A stretch of DNA of 64,000 bases from Lachnospiraceae bacterium. Its GTDB lineage: Bacteria > Bacillota > Clostridia > Lachnospirales > Lachnospiraceae. Below the pieces are notes generated by a model, which ran no database searches, was not told the DNA's origin, and saw only the letters and a list, made by a program, of their open reading frames with translations. A program made the translations under genes and the position numbers. The stretch spans positions 40,129-104,128 of the forward strand of contig JALENY010000033.1 of assembly GCA_022767285.1 (NCBI GenBank). Direction: 5' to 3'. Shown piece by piece: positions 19,011-28,800 of this stretch (position 1 is its first letter; each line of letters begins with the position of its first letter).

Positions 19011-19050
19011 TGAATCATTGTGAATCATTGTGAATCATTATGAATCACTG
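19011..19050. repeat. Four tandem 10-bp direct repeats
   Basis: TGAATCATTG, TGAATCATTG, TGAATCATTA and TGAATCACTG are contiguous. They lie immediately upstream of the -35 listed above. Confidence 0.9.
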
Positions 19051-19176
19051 CCTTGGTGAATTCACGATACGATAGATGTCCGTTGGAGACAATGAGAGAT
19101 TGATTTCCGGCGTTGTTATTTGGAACAGAGATTTGAGCTGGAATATCATGATTAAGAAAAAAGATTAAGTATAAAA

Positions 19177-19247
19177 TTCCTCCATTTACAGATACTACAT
19201 CCAGAGACGAAAAGAACAGTAATTGGATTGTACAGTAAATGGAGGAA
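19177..19247 (+). promoter_or_regulatory. SD-sequestering inverted repeat in the spoVT leader
   Basis: TTCCTCCATTTAC (19177-19189) is the perfect reverse complement of GTAAATGGAGGAA (19235-19247). The second arm contains the GGAGG RBS of spoVT. Confidence 0.6.
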
Positions 19248-19254
19248 CTATTAT

Positions 19255-19788
19255 ATGAAAGCTACAGGAATTGTACGACGTATCGACGATCTCGGTCGCG
19301 TAGTCATCCCGAAAGAGATACGCCGGACGCTTAGAATACGGGAATCCGAACCCCTTGAGATTTTTACGGACCGAAACGGTGAAATAATATTAAAAAAATA
19401 TTCCCCCATCGGTGAGATGGGAACCTGCGCCCAGGAACTGGCTGATGTGATGGCACGGGTGATAGGAGTATTGGTCTGCATCTGCGATCAGGATCAGATC
19501 ATCGCAGCGGCTGGTCCGGAAGCGAAAAAATACCTGAATAAGACAGTCAGCCGAGAGGTAGAGCAGCTCATTATGAATCGGGATGTGATAACGGGTGTGG
19601 ATCGATATCATCCTGTGACAGAAGATGATGAGCATGCAGCACAGGTGATCGTTCCGATCATCAGCGCCGGAGACGCCATCGGCGCGGTGATGATTCTGGG
19701 AAAAGATAAAAAGGGTATTTTGGGAGAAACGGAATTAAAGCTGGCTACAATTGTGGCGGAATATCTGGCAAAAACCATGGAAGACTAA
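19255..19788 (+). CDS. spoVT: Stage V sporulation protein T (AbrB/SpoVT-family regulator with GAF-like C-domain)
   Basis: MKATGIVRRIDDLGRVVIPKEIRRTLRIRE is a SpoVT/AbrB swapped-hairpin N-domain. The protein is 177 aa. Confidence 0.88.
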   Translation: MKATGIVRRIDDLGRVVIPKEIRRTLRIRESEPLEIFTDRNGEIILKKYSPIGEMGTCAQELADVMARVIGVLVCICDQDQIIAAAGPEAKKYLNKTVSREVEQLIMNRDVITGVDRYHPVTEDDEHAAQVIVPIISAGDAIGAVMILGKDKKGILGETELKLATIVAEYLAKTMED

Positions 19789-19835
19789 ACGGAGGCCGAA
19801 GCGGCCGGGAAAACAAAAACTTAAATATGACTGAT

Positions 19836-19886
19836 AAAAAAGTGCATTTCCGGTATGATCTCAGGATCTGGAAATGCACTTTTTTA
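19836..19886. terminator. Bidirectional terminator between spoVT and pncB
   Basis: AAAAAGTGCATTTCC and GGAAATGCACTTTTT. Confidence 0.8.
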
Positions 19887-19921
19887 ATTGATTTGTACTT
19901 TATTTCAGCATGAATTATCTT

Positions 19922-21385
19922 TTACTCCAGCCCACTCATGGACATCTTTTCCAGAAGTTCGGATTTGATCTTGTACAGTTTGTCCGAAAGATCCACGTAA
20001 ACTTCGTGCGGATTGACCAGACGCAGGGTCTCGTCCCAGAGGGTTGCTTTTTCTCGTGTACAGTAATCCCGAATTTCCATAACGGACGGGGACGGGTAGA
20101 CACATTCACCCTTGATAAAGACCGGTTTCAGCAGTTCACGCAGAGTATAAGTGCCGCCGTGGATCTTTGTCTTTTTCCACGTCTCAACCGGGTCAAAGAT
20201 GATCATATCCTGACTTTCGTCAAAAGTCTCATCTGCCAGGCAGATCAGATCAGCCCGGATTTTTCCGGTTTCTTTGTCATAAATACGGTAAATAGTCTTG
20301 TTGCCCGGATTGGTGATTTTTTCTGTGTTCTCAGATAATTTGATCTTCGGGACAAAGGTATCGTCTTCTTTATCTTTAATGGCTGCCAGCTTATAAACCC
20401 CTCCAAAGGCCGGGTTGTCCTTTGAGGTGATCAGATTGGTACCCACGCCCCAGGAATTGATCTTGGCACCCTGGGTCTTCAGAGAATCGATCAAATATTC
20501 ATCCAGATCGCTGGATGCGGAAATGGTTGCATCTTCAAAACCGGCCTCTGCCAGCATCTTATATACTTTTTTGGACAGGTATGCAAGGTCACCGCTGTCC
20601 ATGCGGATGCCGTAGTTTTTCAGTTCAATGCCGCTCTCACGCATTTCTTTAAAGACACGGATGGCATTTGGAACACCGGATTTTAAGGTGTCGTATGTAT
20701 CCACCAGCAGGATACATGCATTGGGGTACAGGTTGGCATAAGTTTTAAATGCGGTGTATTCATCTGGAAAACTCATGATCCAGCTGTGGGCATGGGTTCC
20801 CTTTACCGGAACATTGAACATGGCACCGGTCAGTACATTGGAAGTGCCGATACATCCGGCGATCATAGCGGCGCGGGCACCGTAGATTCCGGCATCGGGT
20901 CCCTGAGCCCGGCGCAGACCGAATTCCATAATTCCGTCACCGCGGGCAGCATAGACAACTCTGGCTGCTTTTGTAGCGATCAGAGACTGATGATTGATAA
21001 TATTCAAAATGGCAGTTTCCACCAATTGGGCTTCCATGATAGGAGCGATTACTTTCAAAAGCGGTTCTCTGGGGAATACAACAGTGCCTTCCGGAATGGC
21101 ATAAATGTCACCGGAAAAGTGGAAGCTGCGCAGATACTCCAGGAAATCCGCATCAAAGAGATTAAGGCTCTTCAGGTACTCGATGTCTTCATAGGAAAAG
21201 TTCAATCCCTTGATGTACTCGATTACCTGTTCCAGTCCGGCCGCGATGGCATAACCTCCGTCGCAGGGATTTTTTCGGTAGAACATGTCAAAGACCACAA
21301 CCTGATTTGTGGGATTTTTAAAATAGCCCTGCATCATGGTTAACTGATACAGGTCGGTTAACAGTGTCAGATTCATCGCTCTCAT
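19922..21385 (-). CDS. pncB: Nicotinate phosphoribosyltransferase
   Basis: NLTLLTDLYQLTMMQGYF, GTHAHSW and GVGT are typical of NAPRTase. The start is ambiguous (21394, 21385 or 21376). Confidence 0.88.
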   Translation of the reverse strand: MRAMNLTLLTDLYQLTMMQGYFKNPTNQVVVFDMFYRKNPCDGGYAIAAGLEQVIEYIKGLNFSYEDIEYLKSLNLFDADFLEYLRSFHFSGDIYAIPEGTVVFPREPLLKVIAPIMEAQLVETAILNIINHQSLIATKAARVVYAARGDGIMEFGLRRAQGPDAGIYGARAAMIAGCIGTSNVLTGAMFNVPVKGTHAHSWIMSFPDEYTAFKTYANLYPNACILLVDTYDTLKSGVPNAIRVFKEMRESGIELKNYGIRMDSGDLAYLSKKVYKMLAEAGFEDATISASSDLDEYLIDSLKTQGAKINSWGVGTNLITSKDNPAFGGVYKLAAIKDKEDDTFVPKIKLSENTEKITNPGNKTIYRIYDKETGKIRADLICLADETFDESQDMIIFDPVETWKKTKIHGGTYTLRELLKPVFIKGECVYPSPSVMEIRDYCTREKATLWDETLRLVNPHEVYVDLSDKLYKIKSELLEKMSMSGLE

Positions 21386-21582
21386 ATGGTTCACAATCCT
21401 TCCTTGGTAGATTTCTGTGGCTCGCGTTCATAACCATCATTGGTCAGCACCTGCGGCTTTTGCTGCTGGATGCCCTGTAGGCATTAAATGTTTTTACCAT
21501 GACCTTGTCCGGCGGTGCCATGGTTTGCACGCATTCGATAAATGACTGCTTTACAGCCGCTTGAATTATTGTGTTCGCGAAT

Positions 21583-21611
21583 ATTATAGCACTTTGTAAA
21601 AGGTAAGTAAA
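21583..21611 (-). promoter_or_regulatory. Putative pncB promoter with extended -10
   Basis: On the minus strand: TTTACT, 17 nt, TGcTATAAT. This implies a leader of about 190 nt. Confidence 0.5.
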
Positions 21612-21768
21612 ATATAAAACTCAGGAAAGATGAAAATTAGTTGACGGATTGACATAAAATGGTTAGTATAAAGGGATAGAACTGATGGTATACATAAATA
21701 AAATGTAGTATTCGGATGCGGCAGAGTTCGCTCCGTATCCGGATTGATCAAAGTGGGTGCAGGATTAT

Positions 21769-22947
21769 ATGACAGAGTTTTTAATAAGAAAATTAATCAA
21801 AAACAGTGAAAATGTGCAGGATGTGCAGGTAAGAACCAGATATGGCGTTGTGGCCAGTACAGTGGGAATTATCTGCAATGTTTTATTATTTGCAGGTAAG
21901 TTTCTGGCAGGCGTTGTTATGCACAGCATTGCGGTCACGGCGGATGCGTTTAACAACCTGTCGGATGCAGCGTCTTCGATTATCAGCTTCGTGGGCATGA
22001 AGATGGCCAGTAAACCGGCGGATAAAAACCATCCTTTCGGACATGGGAGAATTGAGTACATAGCGGCATTTATTGTTGCTTTTCTGGTTATTGAAGTAGG
22101 GTTTACATTTTTTAAGAGCAGTATACAGAAAATCATACATCCGGAAGCGATCGCTTTTGAACTGGTGCCTTTTATCATTTTGGGAGTATCGGTGCTGGTG
22201 AAAATATGGCTTGGTATGTTTAACAAAAAGCTCGGAGGAAAGATCAATTCCAAGGTACTGGAGGCAACGGCAGCGGACTGTATCGGAGATGTAGCTGTAA
22301 CGGCTGCGACCATGGCTGCAATTCTGGTGGGGCTCTTTTTCAAAATTAACATTGATGGAATCGCAGGTCTCCTGGTTTCTCTTGTGGTCATGTGGGCAGG
22401 AATCAATATTGCCAAAGACACGCTGGAACCGCTCATCGGAGAGGCGATCGATCCGGAATTGTGTGAGCAGATTATCACGATGGTGGAAGGGTATGACGGG
22501 ATCCTCGGAACTCACGATCTGATTGTGCACAATTACGGACCCAACAAGAGCATGGCTTCTGTCCACGCAGAAGTTCCGAGAGATGTGGATATCGAAACTT
22601 CCCATGAAATTATTGACCGCATTGAACGGGAAGTGAGCAAAAAACTGGGAATATTTCTCGTCATCCATATGGATCCGGTGGAGACCCGGGATCAGGAACT
22701 TCTGAAAGCAAAAAAACAGGTGCACCAGGTTCTGGCTGGTATTGATGAGCAGATCACGTTTCATGATTTCCGAATGGTAAATGGTGAGAATCAGATTAAT
22801 CTGATTTTTGATGTTGTCATGCCGTACAGCTACAGCGGTGACCGGCAGAATGAGCTTTTGAGTACGATTATCAATAAAGTGAAAGAAGTGGATTCCAGAT
22901 ACGAATGTGTCATCACAGTGGATAAAAGCTTTGTGGGAACAAATTAA
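21769..22947 (+). CDS. Cation diffusion facilitator (CDF) family metal efflux transporter
   Basis: Six TM helices, an HSIAVTADAFNNLSD motif and a C-terminal cytoplasmic domain (HDLIVHNYGP...). Confidence 0.85.
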   Translation: MTEFLIRKLIKNSENVQDVQVRTRYGVVASTVGIICNVLLFAGKFLAGVVMHSIAVTADAFNNLSDAASSIISFVGMKMASKPADKNHPFGHGRIEYIAAFIVAFLVIEVGFTFFKSSIQKIIHPEAIAFELVPFIILGVSVLVKIWLGMFNKKLGGKINSKVLEATAADCIGDVAVTAATMAAILVGLFFKINIDGIAGLLVSLVVMWAGINIAKDTLEPLIGEAIDPELCEQIITMVEGYDGILGTHDLIVHNYGPNKSMASVHAEVPRDVDIETSHEIIDRIEREVSKKLGIFLVIHMDPVETRDQELLKAKKQVHQVLAGIDEQITFHDFRMVNGENQINLIFDVVMPYSYSGDRQNELLSTIINKVKEVDSRYECVITVDKSFVGTN

Positions 22948-22977
22948 AAAATATAATAAAAAAATTCAAAAAAGTGC

Positions 22978-23006
22978 TTGCATTTTTATGCGACATAGTA
23001 TATAAT
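22978..23006 (+). promoter_or_regulatory. Consensus-like promoter for tRNA-Gln
   Basis: TTGCAT, 17 nt, TATAAT. Confidence 0.65.
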
Positions 23007-23024
23007 ACATTTTGTCGCGTAAAT

Positions 23025-23096
23025 AGGGCTATCGCCAAACGGTAAGGCAACGGACTCTGACTCCGTCATTTCAAGGTTCGAATCCTTGTAGCCCTG
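23025..23096 (+). tRNA. tRNA-Gln (anticodon CTG)
   Basis: A cloverleaf can be read by hand. The acceptor stem is AGGGCTA/TAGCCCT, the anticodon arm is ACGGA-CTCTGAC-TCCGT and the T-arm is CAAGG-TTCGAAT-CCTTG. It is close to E. coli tRNA-Gln. No CCA is encoded. Confidence 0.9.
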
Positions 23097-23103
23097 CTTA
23101 AGA

Positions 23104-23137
23104 GCCTCCGGTAATGATTACCGGAGGCTTTTGTGTT
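23104..23137 (+). terminator. Terminator after tRNA-Gln
   Basis: GCCTCCGGTAA and TTACCGGAGGC form an 11-bp stem, followed by TTTTGTGTTT. Confidence 0.8.
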
Positions 23138-23428
23138 TCGGTTTTAAAAAGGGCTGCCGGGTGCAGCTCTTTTTCTGTAAATATTTCTGAACAAAACAGA
23201 TGGGAAGTTCAGAACATTCGCCTGCGGCCAACGCTGCAGGAGGAAAAGAAAAAAATCTATTTCTTTCCGCCGGTTCATGCTATAATGCACATAGTGGTTA
23301 TTTCATAGGAAATTCCTTTCCTATGAAATAAAAACACTCCGGGAGGAATACCCGGACAAAAAGACAGCGCCGTTTGGCTGCAAGTTTCTTTGCATGTATA
23401 TCGGAAAGGCTATTTTCGGAGGCAATGT

Positions 23429-24130
23429 ATGTACAGTTTTAAAAGTAAGATTCGTTACAGTGAAGTTGATCAGCAGTGTTTTTTGACTTTGGATAAGCTG
23501 ATCGATTATTTTCAGGACTGCAGTATTTTCCACTCAGAGTCCCTGGGCCTTGGTGTCGGCAATTTGGCGGAAAACAGGCAGTGCTGGATGTTGACAGCCT
23601 GGCAGATCGTTATTGACCGTATGCCGAAACTGACGGAGGAAGTGACCATCAGCACCTGGCCCTATGCGTTTCGCGGATGCAACGGGTACCGGAACTTTCA
23701 GATGACCGATGAAGCCGGTGTCTATATTGCCCGGGCAGATTCTCAGTGGGTATTTGTGGACATGAATACCGGGCACCCCACAAGGCTGACGGAGGAACAG
23801 CTGGAGGGTTACAAACTGGATGAGAAAATGGAGCTTCCCTGCGATGCCAGACGGATCCGCATGCCGGATGACTGTGAGGAGCGGCCATCTTTTCTGGTCA
23901 GAAAAGACCAGATCGACACAAACCATCACGTAAATAACGGACAGTATGTGAAGATGGCACTGGAGGAATTGCCGGAAGATATCCGGATTCACCAGATGCG
24001 TGCGGAATATCGCAGACAGGCGGTACTGGGAGATGAGATATTTCCGAAAGTAAAACATGAAAATGGTGTATGGACAGTATTTCTCTGCAATGAGGAAGGG
24101 AAACCGTATTCTACGGTGGAGATCCGATAA
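23429..24130 (+). CDS. Acyl-ACP thioesterase
   Basis: A double hot-dog fold: IRYSEVD..., NHHVNNGQY and a length of 233 aa are typical of FatA/B-like bacterial thioesterases. GGAGG lies 6 nt upstream. Confidence 0.75.
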   Translation: MYSFKSKIRYSEVDQQCFLTLDKLIDYFQDCSIFHSESLGLGVGNLAENRQCWMLTAWQIVIDRMPKLTEEVTISTWPYAFRGCNGYRNFQMTDEAGVYIARADSQWVFVDMNTGHPTRLTEEQLEGYKLDEKMELPCDARRIRMPDDCEERPSFLVRKDQIDTNHHVNNGQYVKMALEELPEDIRIHQMRAEYRRQAVLGDEIFPKVKHENGVWTVFLCNEEGKPYSTVEIR

Positions 24131-24280
24131 ACAGAGCGCACTAGTGGACGCTCATTTTGAAAAGTTATGTGAGTGCTCAATAAATGATAACCGGAAAGAA
24201 CAAAGACTCCGGAATAAAACGGGAAAGTTTTTAAAATATACGGAAACAGATATGAGATTTTTATAGAAAGAGGATATTAC

Positions 24281-25126
24281 ATGTTAGAACTTGGTAAAAA
24301 GCAGAACTTAGTAATCGTAAAAAAGGTGGATTTCGGTGTTTATCTTGCCGAAAGCCGTAATGCCGGCGAGAAAGAGCGGGTGCTTCTTCCCGCAAAACAG
24401 GTGCCGGAAGGTGTAAAAGAAGGGGATTCGGTGGAAGTATTTTTATACAAAGATTCCATGGATCGGCCCATTGCAACCACAAAGGAACCGCAGATCCGGC
24501 TTGGGAAGGTGGCAAAACTGAAGGTGGCACAGACCTGCGGAATCGGTGCATTTCTTGACTGGGGACTGGAAAAAGACCTTTTGCTTCCGTTTAAAGAACA
24601 GACGAAAAAAGTTCATCCGGGTGAAGAGGTGCCGGTGGCACTGTACCTGGATAAGAGCAGCCGTCTCTGCGCAACCATGAAAGTATATCGTTATCTTGAA
24701 AAAAACGCGCCCTATCAGGCGGGTGACATGGTGGAAGGATATGTTTATGAGATCAGCGAGCGATTTGGCGCTTTTGTGGCGGTTGACTGGAAATATAGCG
24801 GTCTGATTCCCAAAAAAGAAGCCCAGGGAGGATTCAAGGTGGGACAGGTTCTTTCTCTGCGCGTCACAGATGTAAAGGAAGACGGAAAGCTGGATCTGAG
24901 CCCGAACAAAAAAGCCTATCTTCAGATGAACGAAGATGCGGAGAATGTACTTTTGACCATCCGCGATGATTTCGGCGGTGTACTTCCTTTTGATGATAAG
25001 GCGGATTCCGAAGTGATTCAGCGGGAATTCGGGCTGAGCAAAAATGCATTCAAGCGCGCGGTGGGACATCTGTATAAGGAAAAGAAAGTAAAACTGGAAA
25101 AGGGAAAGATTATTGTTGTGGGATAG
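24281..25126 (+). CDS. S1-like RNA-binding domain protein (CvfB/YitL family)
   Basis: Repeated S1-like modules (VDFGVYL, GAFLDWG, GAFVAVD) and a C-terminal winged-helix-like tail. Confidence 0.75.
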   Translation: MLELGKKQNLVIVKKVDFGVYLAESRNAGEKERVLLPAKQVPEGVKEGDSVEVFLYKDSMDRPIATTKEPQIRLGKVAKLKVAQTCGIGAFLDWGLEKDLLLPFKEQTKKVHPGEEVPVALYLDKSSRLCATMKVYRYLEKNAPYQAGDMVEGYVYEISERFGAFVAVDWKYSGLIPKKEAQGGFKVGQVLSLRVTDVKEDGKLDLSPNKKAYLQMNEDAENVLLTIRDDFGGVLPFDDKADSEVIQREFGLSKNAFKRAVGHLYKEKKVKLEKGKIIVVG

Positions 25127-25183
25127 TCTGCTGAGGTACTCAAATTAGAGGAAAAAGAGGACCCGGATAAGAGGTTGATTAGA

Positions 25184-25798
25184 ATGAACTATGAAGCAAT
25201 TTTAAAAACGCCTGGTATGATACAGAATCTGTTGGGTAGGCTCCCCTGGCTTGGAACAGCGGGAACTGTCCTTACGGCAATTGTGGCAGTTTGTACGCTG
25301 TTTTGGGGATATAAGCTGTTAAAATTCTGGATCTGCCTGGCCGGTTTTGCCATTGGCGCGATCCTGGGCGCTATAGCGGGCATATGGCTGAAAGCAGAGA
25401 CTCCGGTGCTTGCCGGAACGGTGCTGGCAGCGGGTTTTATCTTTGCCTGTCTGGCATTTTTCTTTTATAAAATGGGAATTTTTCTGTTTGTAGCAGTGAA
25501 TGGGTACGGGCTGGTGTCGACTCTGCTCCAGGGGGCTGTCGGAAACGGCAATACCTGGTGGATCATCGGGGCTTCGGTGGCAGCGGGAATTATAGCGGGA
25601 ATCCTTGCAGTGGCTTTTGTCCGACCGGTAGTAATCCTTTTTACTGCCTTTGGCGGCGGTTCTTCACTGGCATTTTTGCTCTGTCCGCTGCTTGGAATTG
25701 AGAGTTATGCAGTAAACCTGATTGCGGCAGTTGTTCTGGCTGTGATGGGAATGCTGTGGCAGTTTGGCGCCACTTCTTCCGGCCGTCATAGTGACTGA
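25184..25798 (+). CDS. Multi-pass membrane protein of unknown function
   Basis: Six Gly/Ala-rich hydrophobic helices. AAGAGG lies 9 nt before the ATG at 25184. Confidence 0.6.
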   Translation: MNYEAILKTPGMIQNLLGRLPWLGTAGTVLTAIVAVCTLFWGYKLLKFWICLAGFAIGAILGAIAGIWLKAETPVLAGTVLAAGFIFACLAFFFYKMGIFLFVAVNGYGLVSTLLQGAVGNGNTWWIIGASVAAGIIAGILAVAFVRPVVILFTAFGGGSSLAFLLCPLLGIESYAVNLIAAVVLAVMGMLWQFGATSSGRHSD

Positions 25799-25851
25799 GA
25801 TAACCCAAAGCTTTCGCAGCGGATGTTATTGCAAAAAACGGAGGTTTTGCA

Positions 25852-28800
25852 GTGAATTTTACACATCTTCACACTCATACGGAGTACAGCCTGTTAGACG
25901 GCTCCAACAAAATTAAAGAATATGTGGCGAGAGTCAAAGAGCTTGGTATGGACAGCGCGGCCATCACGGACCACGGTGTTATGTATGGTGTCATTGACTT
26001 TTATCGCGCGGCAAAAGAAGCCGGGATTAACCCGATTCTGGGATGCGAAGTGTATGTGGCACCGAATTCCCGTTTTGACAAGGAAGCCGGAGCGGGTGAG
26101 GATCGCTATTATCATCTGGTACTTCTGGCGGAAAACAACCAGGGTTATCAAAATCTGATGAAAATCGTTTCCATTGGATTTGTGGAAGGCTATTATTATA
26201 AGCCTCGTGTAGATCTGGAGGTACTGCGTCAGTATCACGAGGGGATCATTGCCCTGAGCGCCTGTCTGGCTGGTGAGGTTTCCCGGTATCTGACGCGGAG
26301 CCTTTATGAGGAAGCTAAGGAGGCAGCGCTTCGTTACCTTGATATTTTCGGAGAAAATAACTTTTTCCTGGAGCTTCAGGATCATGGGATCCCGGAACAG
26401 AAGCTGGTGAACAATCAGCTGCTGCGCATGAGCCGGGAACTGAATATCCCGTTGGTGGCGACCAACGATGTCCATTACACTTATGCGGAGGATGAGGCTT
26501 CCCATGATATTCTTTTGTGTATCCAGACCGGTAAAAAAGTGGAGGATACGGACCGCATGCGCTATGAAGGCGGGCAGTATTATGTCAAATCCCCGGAGCA
26601 GATGGCGGAATTATTTCCCTATGCACTGGAAGCACTTGAAAATACTCATAAAATAGCAAAGAGATGCCATGTGGAGATTGAGTTTGGCGTCTATAAACTG
26701 CCACGGTACGATGTCCCGGAGGGATACACCGCCCGGGAATACCTGGGCAAGCTCTGTGAGGCGGGTCTGGCAGAGCGTTATCAGCCGGTGACGCAGGAAT
26801 TGAAAGATCGTCTGAACTATGAGCTGAATACCATAACCAGTATGGGATTTGTGGATTATTTCCTGATTGTGTGGGATTTTATCAAATATGCCAGGGACAA
26901 CGGCATCAGTGTTGGCCCGGGAAGGGGCAGTGCGGCCGGAAGCCTTGTGGCCTATACCCTGGGAATCACGAAACTGGATCCCATTCGATACAATCTGCTC
27001 TTTGAGCGATTCCTGAATCCGGAGCGAGTTTCCATGCCGGATATTGATATTGACTTCTGCTTTGAGAGAAGGCAGGAAGTGATCGACTATGTGGTTCGGA
27101 AATACGGAAAAGACCGCGTAGTTCAGATTGTAACATTCGGTACTATGGCGGCCCGCGGTGTCATCCGGGATGTGGGACGTGTGCTGGATATGCCTTATGC
27201 GGCGGTGGATGTCATTGCAAAAGCCATTCCAAACGAACTGAATATTACCATAGAGAAAGCGCTGACCATGAATCCGGAGCTGCGCCGGATGTATGACGAG
27301 GATCCGCAGATCAAATATCTTATCGATATGGCCAGAAGACTGGAAGGGCTTCCGCGCCATACTTCCATGCATGCAGCCGGTGTTGTGATCAGTCAGAAAC
27401 CCATCGATGAGTATGTGCCTCTGTCCCGAGGTTCCGACGGTTCCATCACCACCCAGTTTACGATGGTTACGCTGGAAGAACTGGGTCTTTTGAAAATGGA
27501 TTTCCTGGGACTGCGTACCCTGACGGTTATTCAGAATGCGGTTCGCATGGTGGAGAAAACCACAGGGATTTCATTGGATATGGATGCGATCGACTATAAC
27601 GATCAAAAAGTTCTGGAGATGATCGGAAAAGGAAAGACCGAAGGCGTGTTCCAGTTGGAAAGCGGCGGTATGAAGAACTTCATGAAAGAGTTGAAGCCGC
27701 AGAGCATGGAAGATATTATTGCCGGTATTTCGCTGTACCGTCCGGGTCCGATGGATTTTATTCCTCAATATATCAAGGGGAAAAATGACCCGACCAGTGT
27801 AACTTATGACTGTCCGCAGCTTGAGCATATTCTGGAACCGACCTACGGCTGTATTGTTTATCAGGAACAGGTTATGCAGATCGTGCGTGATCTGGGTGGA
27901 TATACACTCGGGAGAAGCGATCTGGTGCGCCGTGCCATGTCAAAGAAAAAGGCTGCGGTCATGGCAAAAGAACGTCAGAATTTTGTCTACGGAAATCCGG
28001 AGGAACATGTTCCGGGCTGTATCAGCAACGGAATTGATGAAAAGACGGCAAATAAGATTTACGATGAAATGACCGACTTTGCAAAATATGCATTTAACAA
28101 GTCTCATGCGGCAGCTTATGCAGTGGTTGCGTATCAGACTGCTTATTTGAAATATTATTATCCGGTGGAATTTATGGCGGCGCTTATGACATCCGTGATT
28201 GATAATCCGGGAAAGGTGGCGGAATATATTCTGCACTGCCGGCAGATGGGAATTGCAATACTGCCGCCGGATGTCAACACCAGTGAAGGCAGTTTTTCGG
28301 TGGAAAAAGACAGTATTCGGTATGGCCTGAATGCCATAAAAAATATCGGCGGCCCTGCCATCGAGGTGATCGTAAAAAGGCGCAGGGAAGGAGGCCCCTA
28401 CACATCTCTTCGGGATTTTATTGATCGGACCTGGGGCAGTGAGATCAACAAGCGCAGCATGGAGAATTTTATCAAAGCAGGTGCGCTGGATGGATTGGGC
28501 GGAACGAGAAAGCAGTTTATGATGATCTATCTTCAGATCATGGATGACGTATCTCACGCAAAAAAATCCTCCATGACCGGTCAGATGTCACTGTTTGATA
28601 TGTTCAGCGATGAGGAACGGCAGGAATATGAAATAAAACTGCCGGATGTAGGTGAATACTCCAAAGAAATGAAGCTTGCCTTTGAAAAAGAGGTTCTCGG
28701 CGTGTATATCAGCGGTCATCCTCTGGAAGAATATGAGAAAAGATGGCGAAAAAATATATCGGCAGTTACCACGGACTTCCAGCCGGATGAAGAGACCGGA

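Noticed and set aside
19011-19050. CRISPR-like array.
   Set aside because: The units are only 10 bp, contiguous and without spacers. No cas genes occur anywhere in the window.
21612-21768. NiCo (czcD-motif) or other metal riboswitch upstream of the CDF transporter gene.
   Set aside because: Only one imperfect hairpin (about 21708-21745) is visible, and it does not resemble the czcD motif sequence as I remember it. This needs an Infernal scan to exclude formally.
23114-23308. Intergenic small ORFs (64 aa here; also 13671-13898, 9321-9671, 45467-45811 and 24057-24266).
   Set aside because: They have no RBS. They overlap terminators, promoters or the 5' ends of real genes. Their composition is atypical and no motifs are present.
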